The position numbers and the translations under genes were made by a program. The notes under the pieces were generated by a model that had not been told where the DNA came from, did no database searches, and saw only the letters and a list, made by a program, of their open reading frames with translations. Shown piece after piece: positions 50,296 through 59,967 of a DNA stretch of 64,000 bases. The DNA is from an uncultured Veillonellaceae bacterium (GTDB lineage: Bacteria; Bacillota; Negativicutes; JARBTT01), in assembly GCA_963805085.1 (NCBI GenBank), contig CAWDTA010000002.1, positions 1,504,001-1,568,000 of the forward strand. The letters are read 5' to 3'. Numbering within the stretch: position 1 is the stretch's first letter; each line of letters starts with the position of its first letter.

Positions 50296-51174
50296 TTAGA
50301 GTGAATGCGATGTCAGCTTGAGAGCTAAATCGACAAATGATTTTAGTTGTACCTGCTCTGTTGCTAGGGTTTTATAGATCATGATCGTTTTTCGTAAGAT
50401 GGGTTTACCATTTTCAAAGAGCAAAGGAGAAGAGAACAAAGAACTGGATTTTTGCAAATAAATTTTTGGAACAATGCCCCAGCCGAGCTCGTAAGAGACA
50501 AGCTGCATGCTGGCTTCGATTGAATTTACCCAAATCGGTGATGGCGGGGACGAGTTAAAATGATCTTGCCACCAAAGATAGAATTGTAGATCTGATTTTG
50601 TTGTTGCGGAGGCTTCATCTAAAATCCAAGGAATGCCAGGAAGTTGCTTAAGCTTAATTGGATGTGCATAGATTAAACACCAAGGCTCTTCCAGAATAAC
50701 ATGTTTTTCCCCGGGCCAATCTAAATCACCGCGCAGGATGGCAATATCAATTTCATCTCTTTCCACTAGGCTTGGCAGTACAAGTGTGCTGGAGCCGGTT
50801 TTTATAGAAATATTCACATGCGGGAAGCGTTTTTTGTATTCTTTTAACAGTGGTGCAAATTTAAATTTGGCAAACACAGTGGAAATTCCCAGCCTTAGAG
50901 TTCCTTCCAGTGGTTTTTCTGGTTGTTGAATAAAGTTTTTTTCTTTTTGCAGTTCCTGCAACATGTTTTCTGCATAACGTGTAAGGTGTTCTCCCTGTTC
51001 AGTGAGGAAAATTCCATTTGGATGCCGATCGAAAATTTTGGTGCCAAATTCCTTCTCAAGACACTGCAAGCGGTAGGTAAGAGCAGGTTGTGAGATATAA
51101 AGATCCTTCGCAGCCTTGGTTAAGCTTCCAGTTTTATGAATTGTTTTTAAGATGAGCCAATCCTTATCGTCCAT
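50296..51174 (-). CDS. LysR-family regulator
   Basis: SLTKAAKDLYISQPALT HTH. Confidence 0.94.
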   Translation of the reverse strand: MDDKDWLILKTIHKTGSLTKAAKDLYISQPALTYRLQCLEKEFGTKIFDRHPNGIFLTEQGEHLTRYAENMLQELQKEKNFIQQPEKPLEGTLRLGISTVFAKFKFAPLLKEYKKRFPHVNISIKTGSSTLVLPSLVERDEIDIAILRGDLDWPGEKHVILEEPWCLIYAHPIKLKQLPGIPWILDEASATTKSDLQFYLWWQDHFNSSPPSPIWVNSIEASMQLVSYELGWGIVPKIYLQKSSSLFSSPLLFENGKPILRKTIMIYKTLATEQVQLKSFVDLALKLTSHSL

Positions 51175-51362
51175 TCTGATTCTCCTAAATTGAAATTTAT
51201 AGATAACAAGAGTTTAGACTGAAAACGTTACTTTAAAACGGAATGGCCAAACGCAGACCTTCGGGCAAATTGATTGTAGTATTGAGACCGATTATACTAC
51301 AATGCTCCTGCCCGATCAAGGTTGTTTTCCAAGAGTTTAGCTTCATAGGGGAGGTAAAGTTT

Positions 51363-52559
51363 ATGAAAAATACTAACAGTGCTAGGAAAAAGGAACAAAT
51401 GATTGAGACTATCGATAACTTGCAGGCTGAGTTGTTTGTCATCAGTGATTATATTTTTGAACACCCTGAACTAGGTTTTCAAGAAAAACAGGCATCTGAT
51501 CTATTGATCCAGTTTTTGGAAGAAAACGGTTTTGCCGTAGAAAGAGGCTACGGCGGCTTGTCTACGGCTTTTCGGGCTGTGTACAAACACGGGGAAGGTG
51601 GACCGCATATCGGTCTGTTATGTGAGTATGATGCCTTGAAAGAAATAGGACATGCGTGCGGTCATCATTTGCAGGGACCTTGCATTGCCGGAGCTGCCAT
51701 CGCGATCAAAAATATAGTAGCTGAATCTGATTATGTCTTGGAAGTTATCGGGACACCAGGTGAAGAATGTTCGAATGGCGGCAAAAACATTATGCTGGAA
51801 AATGGGGTTTTTAAAGATCTGGATGTGGCTCTGATGATGCATGCTTCTGATAGCACAACGACAGATATTCGTTCAATGGCTCGTGCTGAATTTGCCGTTA
51901 CCTTTAAAGGCATATCTGCTCATTCGGCGATTGCTCCCGAGAAGGGACGCAGTGCCTTAGAAGCTGTTATGCTGGTATTTAACGGACTGGGTTTCTTGCG
52001 CGGGCATGTGCGTGATGACACACGTATTCACGGCATCATTGCCGAAGGCGGCCAGATCAGCAATGTGATACCTGATAAGGCGATAGCTAATCTAGAAGTT
52101 CGTTCTTATGACAGTGTGTATCTTGATGGTGTGATTGAACGTGTTAAGCATATTCTGGATGGTGCAGCCTTAATGACAGATACGAGTTATGAAATTGAAA
52201 AACTGGGCGGCAGTCTTAGTAAAATTCCGGTTTTATCATTGAATCAGATGTTAATGATAAATGCTGAATATATACAAGCTTCCCAAATTACTCCGCCTAG
52301 GCAAAAAACTGGTTCCACCGATTTTGCTTCCGTGATGTTCCATGTACCGGGGTCCTGTATACGGGTAGGATTTATTGAAAAAGGAATTGCGGCTCATAGT
52401 CAGGCCTGGTTGAAAAAAGGCTTGTCGGAAGATGCACATCAGGCCTTGCTCAACGGAGCTAAAATTTTAGGATTAACCGTTTTGGATTTGATAGAAAATA
52501 AAGAAGCAATAGCCAAAATTAAGGATGAATTCCAAAAAGAAAAAGCTAAACTCGGTTAA
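51363..52559 (+). CDS. M20 amidohydrolase (AbgB/ACY1L2-like)
   Basis: HPELGFQE, EYDAL, HACGHH, GTPGEE, GSTDF; start after GGGGAGG. Confidence 0.9.
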   Translation: MKNTNSARKKEQMIETIDNLQAELFVISDYIFEHPELGFQEKQASDLLIQFLEENGFAVERGYGGLSTAFRAVYKHGEGGPHIGLLCEYDALKEIGHACGHHLQGPCIAGAAIAIKNIVAESDYVLEVIGTPGEECSNGGKNIMLENGVFKDLDVALMMHASDSTTTDIRSMARAEFAVTFKGISAHSAIAPEKGRSALEAVMLVFNGLGFLRGHVRDDTRIHGIIAEGGQISNVIPDKAIANLEVRSYDSVYLDGVIERVKHILDGAALMTDTSYEIEKLGGSLSKIPVLSLNQMLMINAEYIQASQITPPRQKTGSTDFASVMFHVPGSCIRVGFIEKGIAAHSQAWLKKGLSEDAHQALLNGAKILGLTVLDLIENKEAIAKIKDEFQKEKAKLG

Positions 52560-52600
52560 ATCCAAATTACTAACTTAACACAAAAATTTGCGGAAGGGGA

Positions 52601-53269
52601 ATGAATATGGAACAGAAACAGAAGCAAGAAGTCCAGAAGGAAGATGATAACGGGAGGTTTTCTCTTGTGGGTGTTATTACACTCCTTTTAGCTGTCGTTA
52701 TTTTTTCCGGTTTAATGGCCAGCGGGAAAGGCTGGAGTACAGCCTTTGATTTTGTTACGCTAAGCGGAAAATTTGGGACCATGAAAGATGCCACCACAGC
52801 AACCTTTATGGGTGCTGGAGGCAGTGGAGCACGGGCCGGTTTTTTGCTGGCATTAAGTCTGGTTCCCGGTGTGATGCTTGCTATGGGGATTGTTTCTATT
52901 GTTGAACAAACCGGCGGTCTCAAAGTGGCACAAAAGCTTTTGACACCACTTCTGCGGCCATTGATGGGGCTGCCAGGCAATGTAAGCTTAGCTCTTATTT
53001 CCAGTTTGCAAAGCACAGATGCTGGTGCCGGTATGACCAAAGACTTATTTGATGAAGGTCTCATTACCGAAAAAGAACGTGCTATTTTTGTTCAGTTTCA
53101 GTTTACTGGTTGTGCTGTAATCAATAATTACCTAACTTTAGGCAGTATGGTATTTGCCAATATTTTGGTGCCGATTTCCGTACCCTTAGTCTTAGTTTTA
53201 GTTTTAAAATTTTTTGCCGCCAATGTTACAAGGTTTGTTATCAATAAGTTTTATACGGAGGAAGCATAA
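52601..53269 (+). CDS. Gate-domain membrane protein (YjiH-like)
   Basis: G.GG.GARAGFL, LTPLLRPLMGLPG, SLQSTDAGA. Confidence 0.85.
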   Translation: MNMEQKQKQEVQKEDDNGRFSLVGVITLLLAVVIFSGLMASGKGWSTAFDFVTLSGKFGTMKDATTATFMGAGGSGARAGFLLALSLVPGVMLAMGIVSIVEQTGGLKVAQKLLTPLLRPLMGLPGNVSLALISSLQSTDAGAGMTKDLFDEGLITEKERAIFVQFQFTGCAVINNYLTLGSMVFANILVPISVPLVLVLVLKFFAANVTRFVINKFYTEEA

Positions 53270-53272
53270 AGC

Positions 53273-53734
53273 ATGAAAAAAAAGAATATCATTGAAATGT
53301 TTGTGGAAGGGGCTCGCAAAGGCTGGAGTATTGCTATCAACGGGTTAATGCCCAATGTTATTCTTGCGTTTGCCCTTATGAAAATATTGGAAGTAACAGG
53401 TGCTATGGCGTTTATTGGAAATGTTTTCGCACCAGTCATGGGGGTTTTTGGGCTGCCGGGTCAAGCGATTATGGTGAGTGTGACTGCTTTAATGTCGCAG
53501 GGCGGTGCGGTAGGCGTGCTGGCCAGTTTATTAACTGATGGGGGTGTTGATGCCAAACAAGCTACTATTTTGCTTCCAGCTATTTTTGCCAGCGGCGGCC
53601 AGTTGCAGAATCTAGGTCGTGTATTAGGAACATCAGGTGTTCAGACCAAATATTACGGACTTATATTCGGGATGTCCATTATAAACGGTATTATTGCTTT
53701 GACTATGATGAGCTTTGTTGTAAAAACACTATGA
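53273..53734 (+). CDS. Gate-domain membrane protein (YjiG-like)
   Basis: FVEGARKGW, PNVILAF, FGLPG. Confidence 0.85.
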   Translation: MKKKNIIEMFVEGARKGWSIAINGLMPNVILAFALMKILEVTGAMAFIGNVFAPVMGVFGLPGQAIMVSVTALMSQGGAVGVLASLLTDGGVDAKQATILLPAIFASGGQLQNLGRVLGTSGVQTKYYGLIFGMSIINGIIALTMMSFVVKTL

Positions 53735-53760
53735 GATGCTTTTTAAGAGGGGGATAAAAT

Positions 53761-54924
53761 ATGAAAGATCAAGTATTGTATCAAGCCTGCGAAAACATGC
53801 AACAGGAATTTATCGTTCTATGGGAAAGACTTGTAAACATTGATACAGGAACAGGTTATGGCGAAGGACTTAATCAAGTGGCCGCTATCGTTGCAGAACA
53901 GCTTACGCAGCTTGGTGCGTCTATACAGGCCATTCCGACGGAGAATCCTTTGGAAGGTTCTCATATTGTAGGAACTTTTACAGGGCAGGGGCAAGGCAAA
54001 ATTTTGGCTATGGCGCACATGGATACTGTATTTCCTGTGGGAACAGCCGCGATACGTCCTTTTACCATCAAGGATAACTGGGTATACGGCCCTGGCGTTT
54101 CAGACTGTAAGGGAAGTATTGTGCTTTTTCTCTTTGCTATGAAAGTATTAAAAGTGCTGCAATATAAAGATTATGGGAAAATCACCTGCTTGTTTAATTG
54201 TGATGAGGAAACAACTTCGCCCCATTCGCGTCATTTGATTACAAAACTGGCTCAGGAGCATGGGTATACGTTGTGTATGGAATCCGGCCAGGTAGGTGAC
54301 GGTGTGGTCATGTGGCGTAAAGGCTCAGCGCAAATGCAGGTAGAGGTTTTCGGCAAAGCTTCGCATGCCGGCAGTAATCCGGAAAACGGACGTAATGCCA
54401 TAATGGAAATTATTCATCAAATACAGCAGATAAGTGCTTTAGAGAATTTGGAGAAACTGACCACCCTTAACTTCACAACAATTAAGAGCGGCGACAGGGT
54501 AAATGTCATTCCGGATTATGCCGTGGCGCAAGCCGATATACGGGTGTTATATCCTGACGAATTGGATCGCATTGAGAATATGGCCTTAAAGTTGGCACAA
54601 CAGACACTTATTCCTGATACTACTGTGAAGGTAAACCTCAAACGAGGAAATCCACCTTTTGCTAAAAATCAGGGAACTGATAATCTTGTACAATTGGCGC
54701 AGGAAATCTACGGCGAGCTGGGCAAAGAGCTGATCGCTGTTGGTGCAGGAGGCGCTTCCGATGCAAATTGGGCCGCCTCAGTTAGCGGAGCTGCGATTGA
54801 CGGTCTGGGGCCGGTTAAAGGTGGAAAAAATCATACCGAACATGAATGTACGAAACTGGACAGTGTTGTTCCAAGGATGTATTTGCTGGCAAAAATGCTG
54901 ATGCGTTTGGGAGCAGGCCAGTAA
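53761..54924 (+). CDS. M20 peptidase, carboxypeptidase G2-like
   Basis: AHMDTVF, GPGVSDCKG, DEE, SHAG, GGASD, DGLGP. Confidence 0.88.
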   Translation: MKDQVLYQACENMQQEFIVLWERLVNIDTGTGYGEGLNQVAAIVAEQLTQLGASIQAIPTENPLEGSHIVGTFTGQGQGKILAMAHMDTVFPVGTAAIRPFTIKDNWVYGPGVSDCKGSIVLFLFAMKVLKVLQYKDYGKITCLFNCDEETTSPHSRHLITKLAQEHGYTLCMESGQVGDGVVMWRKGSAQMQVEVFGKASHAGSNPENGRNAIMEIIHQIQQISALENLEKLTTLNFTTIKSGDRVNVIPDYAVAQADIRVLYPDELDRIENMALKLAQQTLIPDTTVKVNLKRGNPPFAKNQGTDNLVQLAQEIYGELGKELIAVGAGGASDANWAASVSGAAIDGLGPVKGGKNHTEHECTKLDSVVPRMYLLAKMLMRLGAGQ

Positions 54925-55024
54925 AATGAATTTGCTGCGGTGAGCTACAAGGAACAGAAATGCTTATTGCTTTGCGACAGGAGCGTGGATGGAATCTGGG
55001 TTTCCGGACGAAACTAGCGGATCA

Positions 55025-55158
55025 TTCTCAGAGTGTTATTTTTCACATCAATAATTTTATAGAAAATAGAGTTAAGAAATATAATACAATTATTTCCTTA
55101 TAAGAGGGTATAAATGTAACTCCTACTGAATTTTGTGGGAGTTACATTTTTTTCGTAA
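55025..55158 (+). repeat. Direct repeat copy 2
   Basis: See 48412-48549. Confidence 0.88.
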
Positions 55159-55259
55159 TTCAGTATTAATGTGAATGTATAGCAGGGATTGCTGGGCTAG
55201 AAGAAGAAAATATCCATAGCTTACTTTTAGGTGAGTTATGGATATTTTTACAATTAAAA

Positions 55260-56675
55260 ATGATATATGAGGTTTTTATGTTTATATTAGATTCGAAAAA
55301 TAAAACGCCACTCTATCGTCAATTATATCAACAATTGCGCGTGAAAATTTTGAATGGTGAAATCCCTCCGCAAGCAAGACTTGCTTCAAGCCGCAAGCTT
55401 TCTGCAGACCTTAAAGTAAGCAGAAACACGGTAGATACGGCGTATCAACAGCTTTTAGCAGAAGGATACATTGTCGGTAAATCAAGAAGCGGCTACTATG
55501 TCGAAACAATCAACAATGTGAATGTTCCTTTTGTGCCAGAGATAGCAGAGTCAGAAACGCTTCTAGAAGCATCTGATGAAAAAATAAAATATGATTTTAC
55601 CTATGGCAATCTTCCGCCGGATACCTTTCCTTTTTCTAAATGGCAGAGCTTAACGAATGAGTGCTTTCGAAACTATAAAAATCAATTGTTGAAGTATAGT
55701 TCACTTATGGGAGAGCTTGGACTGCGCAAAGAAATTGTAAAATACTTGCGTGTTTACCGTGATGTCAAATGCAGTGTTGATCAGATTCTAATTACTTCGG
55801 GGACAGTAGAGGGGCTTACGCTTGCTTGTCAACTCCTGCGTTCGGATACTACTGCCATAGCGATGGAGGACCCAGGTTTTCGAGCAGCTTATTTAGCTTT
55901 TAGAAATCAAGGCTTTCGCGTTGATCCTATTCCTTTAAATCATCACGGGATCAATGTAAAAGTCTTGCATACTTCCACTGCTAAAGTCGTATATGTAACG
56001 CCTTCTCACCAGTTTCCTACTGGAACTATCATGTCGATAACGAGAAGGCTTCGTCTGATTGAATGGGCTTATGAGCGAAATGCCTATATTATTGAAGACG
56101 ATTATAGCAGTCATCTGCGCTATGATGTCAAACCGATTTCCTCACTACAAGGGCTAGCTCCAGAGAAGGTAATCTATATTGGGAGTTTTTCAAAAATGTT
56201 ATTACCTTCTTTACGGATAGCCTATATGGTATTACCAAAAAATTTAATGCAAAAATTACAGGATCAATCAGACTTCATTGCTTGCTCAGTACCATTTCTC
56301 ATTCAAAAACCTTTAGCGCTTTTCATGCAAGAAGGGTATTTTGAGAGTCACTTACGAAAAATGATAAAGCATTTTAAGAAAAAACATACTGCTCTTGTCT
56401 GCGCTCTTCAAGAAAATTTTGGTGATGAAATTTCTATCTCCGGGAAAAATGCAGGAATTCATCTTTTACTGGAAATCAAGTGTAGTGCTTCAGCACAAAA
56501 GCTAATAGAACAAGCTGCCAAAGCAGGTATAGCTATTTCTACGAGCGGTAAATCATGGATTCATTTTGCACCGCATTCTTATCCTTGTATCCTATTAGGG
56601 TTCAGTGCAATAGCGCTTGATGATATTTTGCCAGCGGTTAGACTTTTACGAAAAATCTGGTCTGAGGATAAATAG
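55260..56675 (+). CDS. MocR/GabR-family regulator (GntR HTH plus PLP domain)
   Basis: VSRNTVDTAYQQL, TPSHQFPTG, IIEDDY, GSFSK. Confidence 0.94.
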   Translation: MIYEVFMFILDSKNKTPLYRQLYQQLRVKILNGEIPPQARLASSRKLSADLKVSRNTVDTAYQQLLAEGYIVGKSRSGYYVETINNVNVPFVPEIAESETLLEASDEKIKYDFTYGNLPPDTFPFSKWQSLTNECFRNYKNQLLKYSSLMGELGLRKEIVKYLRVYRDVKCSVDQILITSGTVEGLTLACQLLRSDTTAIAMEDPGFRAAYLAFRNQGFRVDPIPLNHHGINVKVLHTSTAKVVYVTPSHQFPTGTIMSITRRLRLIEWAYERNAYIIEDDYSSHLRYDVKPISSLQGLAPEKVIYIGSFSKMLLPSLRIAYMVLPKNLMQKLQDQSDFIACSVPFLIQKPLALFMQEGYFESHLRKMIKHFKKKHTALVCALQENFGDEISISGKNAGIHLLLEIKCSASAQKLIEQAAKAGIAISTSGKSWIHFAPHSYPCILLGFSAIALDDILPAVRLLRKIWSEDK

Positions 56676-56765
56676 TTTATCTACAAGGAAAATCCCCCTC
56701 TCTTTCAAAATAGAAGAATGAAAGAGAGGGGGATTTGTCTATTTAACACTTTAATGTAGTATGTT

Positions 56766-57383
56766 TTACTTCATTTGATTTTGCATGGTTTTCCAAGCAT
56801 CACCGTACTCTAAAATTTTACACGATTTAAGATAAGCTTCTTTTCCGAGTGTTTTGTTAATAATATGTAATGCCGCATCAATCCCGGCAGATATCCCCCC
56901 AGCGGTTACAATATTGCCGTTGTCGACGAAGCGATCCTTTTTTTTCAAGCGAATCGTTGGGTCGATTTCAAGTAGAGCATCATAGAACATATGATGAGTG
57001 GTTGCTGGTAAATCTTTGAGTAAACCTGCTTTTGCCAGAAGTAATGCGCCATTGCAAACAGAGAAGACGATCTCTGCTTTTTGACTCTGCTCCTGTATCC
57101 ATTGAATAATCGTAGCATTACCTAAAATTGCTGGCGTACCTCCGCCAGGAATGATGACGATATCTGCCTGAGGACAATCGGTAAAATCATAGTTTGCTTT
57201 TACTGTCAGGTCAAAAGTGTTTACATCTCCTTTTTTCTCGCCGACTGTAAAAATCTCATACAGAGCAGGATCTGCACCGTAATTTAGAACAGAAAAAGCT
57301 TCATAGGGTCCGACAAAATCCATCGGGCACGCATTTTCAAACAGCAATATTCCTATTCTTTTCGTTAAGCTGACATTGTTCAT
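56766..57383 (-). CDS. DJ-1/PfpI-family protein
   Basis: DFVGPYE, IPGG, SVCNGA, TAGGISAGID. Confidence 0.92.
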   Translation of the reverse strand: MNNVSLTKRIGILLFENACPMDFVGPYEAFSVLNYGADPALYEIFTVGEKKGDVNTFDLTVKANYDFTDCPQADIVIIPGGGTPAILGNATIIQWIQEQSQKAEIVFSVCNGALLLAKAGLLKDLPATTHHMFYDALLEIDPTIRLKKKDRFVDNGNIVTAGGISAGIDAALHIINKTLGKEAYLKSCKILEYGDAWKTMQNQMK

Positions 57384-57498
57384 TTCTTATTCCTCCATTA
57401 ACTAACAATTATTATGTGTATAGCATAGTTTTATTACATCATAAGAATTGCCACTGAAAAAGAGCCAATTTTGAATAAGTAATAGGTGCCAGATTATT

Positions 57499-58080
57499 TT
57501 ACAGACTATCAATATCTACAGCATATTCAATTTTTCCCGCCACTTCTTTTGCCAATGCACTGCCGAAGAGAATTTTAAGGAGATAGAAACCTAGCTCTAA
57601 ACCGGAGGTGACACCCGCGGCGGTAATGATATTCCCATCTTGGACAACTTTTGTTTGCCTGATTGCAGTTGCATGATAAGTTTCCAGTTCTTCTAGTGCT
57701 GTGTGATATGTAGTGGCTTTTTTTCCTTCGAGTAAACCAGCGGTGGCTAAGATGAAGGCACCGGTGCAAACGGAAGTCATATATTTTGTATGCTTGGATT
57801 GATTTAGCACGAATTTTCGGATCTTCGGATTTTGTATAGCCTCGAAACGTCCTTTGCCACCTGGTACAACTAAAATATCTAAAGCGGGGCAAGTCGCAAA
57901 GGAATACTCAGGGATAATCTTCATCCCATTAAATGCTTGGATGACATCCAAGTTCTCGCCCACAAGGGAAACTTGGATGCTATTAGACTGAATTTTATTG
58001 ATATAGCTTAATACTTCAAAAGGCCCTACAAAGTCCATTTCTTCAACTTGAGGAAAAATAAGAACGCCTATTTTAACCAT
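57499..58080 (-). CDS. DJ-1/PfpI-family protein
   Basis: EEMDFVGPFE, VPGG, SVCTGA, TAAGVTSG. Confidence 0.92.
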   Translation of the reverse strand: MVKIGVLIFPQVEEMDFVGPFEVLSYINKIQSNSIQVSLVGENLDVIQAFNGMKIIPEYSFATCPALDILVVPGGKGRFEAIQNPKIRKFVLNQSKHTKYMTSVCTGAFILATAGLLEGKKATTYHTALEELETYHATAIRQTKVVQDGNIITAAGVTSGLELGFYLLKILFGSALAKEVAGKIEYAVDIDSL

Positions 58081-58505
58081 GATATTCTCCTTTTTGATGA
58101 TTATTTATTTTAGTACTGCAATTATATAACTATTCACTTATATACGAATCGGTAATTTTTTTGCATAGCTGCACAAAGCAATTCAGTCTTTTTTAGCGTA
58201 TAAACTAAAAAGAGTAATGAATATACTTGGAATTCAGGAGTTAGTAAGACGATTACAGGAAAAACAGCAGGCAGTACTGCATAAAGGTACTGTCTGCTGT
58301 TTTGATAAAGCTCTTTCTAACAAATTAAGGCTTTTGGAGGAGGCAAAACGAGCAATCAGCTTCCGATTCGATAAAAGGTAGGTGAATTTCACACAGTCTA
58401 CCGTCCACTTGTCGCTAATTCTCCTGAATTTTTATTACATAAAACCCCATTAATGAGTATTTGTGGTATGATTATAATCAATCAGTATAAGAAGGGGGAA
58501 TTAAT

Positions 58506-59948
58506 TTGATTGTGGAGCGAGTTTTTGATTTTGCCAGTAAATATGGTGATAAGGAAATTCTTGAGACTAGGCATGGGATTTGGACTTATAAGCAACTAGT
58601 ACATGATATAAAGAAAGTTGCGAGCTACATTGATACCTGTACTTTGAAAAATTATGAACCTATCGGTTTGGCCTTTCCCAACAGCTGGGAGCATGTTACC
58701 TCACTCTTGGCGGCAGAGTTTTCCAATCATCCTGCAGTACTGCTAGGAGCGGCTCTTAAACCAAGAGAAATAAGTTATCACGTAAAAAACTCAGGTATAA
58801 AAAAGGTTATGGCTGCTTCAAAATTATCAGAGTTTATGCAGGAGGCTGGAGGAAAAAAACAAGATAGTTCTTTTGGATCGATTGATTGCTGGTCCTTTGA
58901 AAATAATGAAAGAAGTGAGAAATTTATACCGGAAGATTTTATATGTCAGCTGACTAGCGGAACGGGAGGTATGTCTAAGGAAGCTATCCGGACAGGTAAA
59001 GCGGTGATGAGCGAAATTAACGATACAATCGAAGATTTGAGACTTACTGACGATGATACGGTTTTAACGATTCCCCCAATGCATCACTCTTATGGTTTAA
59101 TAGGAGGAACGCTTGCTCCTCTATGTTGTGGAGCAAAACTAATTCTTTTAGATGGCTTTTTTCCTGCGGAAGTGAAAAAGTATGTTGAAGATAAAAAGGT
59201 ATCTATTTTATTCGCAGTACCCTTCATGTATCACTTGCTTAATGAGACAGCTGCACATTCAGTTGCGGATTTTTCCACCTTAAGATTTTGTCTTTCGGCG
59301 GGAGCTCCTATGCAGAAAGACATTGCCATAGCTTTTCAAAAATATTTTGGAAAGCTAATCTCTCAGGATTATGGTTCTACTGAGACGGGATTAATGTGTC
59401 TGAATCTTAACGCCCAAACGGAAGAGATATCTGTTGGAAGGCCTATAGGAAAAAGAGTTATGAGAGCATTTGACGAAAATGGTCAGCTGTTACGTTTTGG
59501 TAAAGTCGGTGAGCTCAGAACAAAGAGTGATGCTGATGCCAGAGCGTATTTATACCCGAATGAATTGAACAAAACAGCATATAAGGATGGTTGGTTCTGT
59601 ATTGGAGATATTGGGAGTGTGGATGAAAAGGGTAATGTTTATGTAACGGGAAGAAAAAGTAATATGATAAATGTTGCAGGTTCAAAGGTTGATCCGGTAG
59701 AGGTAGAAAAAGTTATTGCTAATCATGTTGGAGTAAAGGAAGTAGTAGTGATAGGGGTTGATTCAGGAGCCAGTGGACAGGTAGTTAAGGCGGTTATCGT
59801 ATGCGATAGAGTCAAAATTACTACGAAACAGATTGTGGAAGTTTGTCAAAAAAACTTATCTAGCTTTAAAGTACCGCGGATTATTGAATTTGTGGATCAA
59901 CTACCTAGAAGTCAAACCGGCAAAGTATTAAGGAAATTTTTAGTATAA
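58506..59948 (+). CDS. Class I adenylate-forming enzyme (acyl/aryl-CoA or ACP ligase)
   Basis: LTSGTGGMSK, SAGAP, YGSTETG, GD, GRK, LPRSQTGK. Confidence 0.9.
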   Translation: MIVERVFDFASKYGDKEILETRHGIWTYKQLVHDIKKVASYIDTCTLKNYEPIGLAFPNSWEHVTSLLAAEFSNHPAVLLGAALKPREISYHVKNSGIKKVMAASKLSEFMQEAGGKKQDSSFGSIDCWSFENNERSEKFIPEDFICQLTSGTGGMSKEAIRTGKAVMSEINDTIEDLRLTDDDTVLTIPPMHHSYGLIGGTLAPLCCGAKLILLDGFFPAEVKKYVEDKKVSILFAVPFMYHLLNETAAHSVADFSTLRFCLSAGAPMQKDIAIAFQKYFGKLISQDYGSTETGLMCLNLNAQTEEISVGRPIGKRVMRAFDENGQLLRFGKVGELRTKSDADARAYLYPNELNKTAYKDGWFCIGDIGSVDEKGNVYVTGRKSNMINVAGSKVDPVEVEKVIANHVGVKEVVVIGVDSGASGQVVKAVIVCDRVKITTKQIVEVCQKNLSSFKVPRIIEFVDQLPRSQTGKVLRKFLV

Positions 59949-59967
59949 GTCTAATAAGAGAGGTGAG

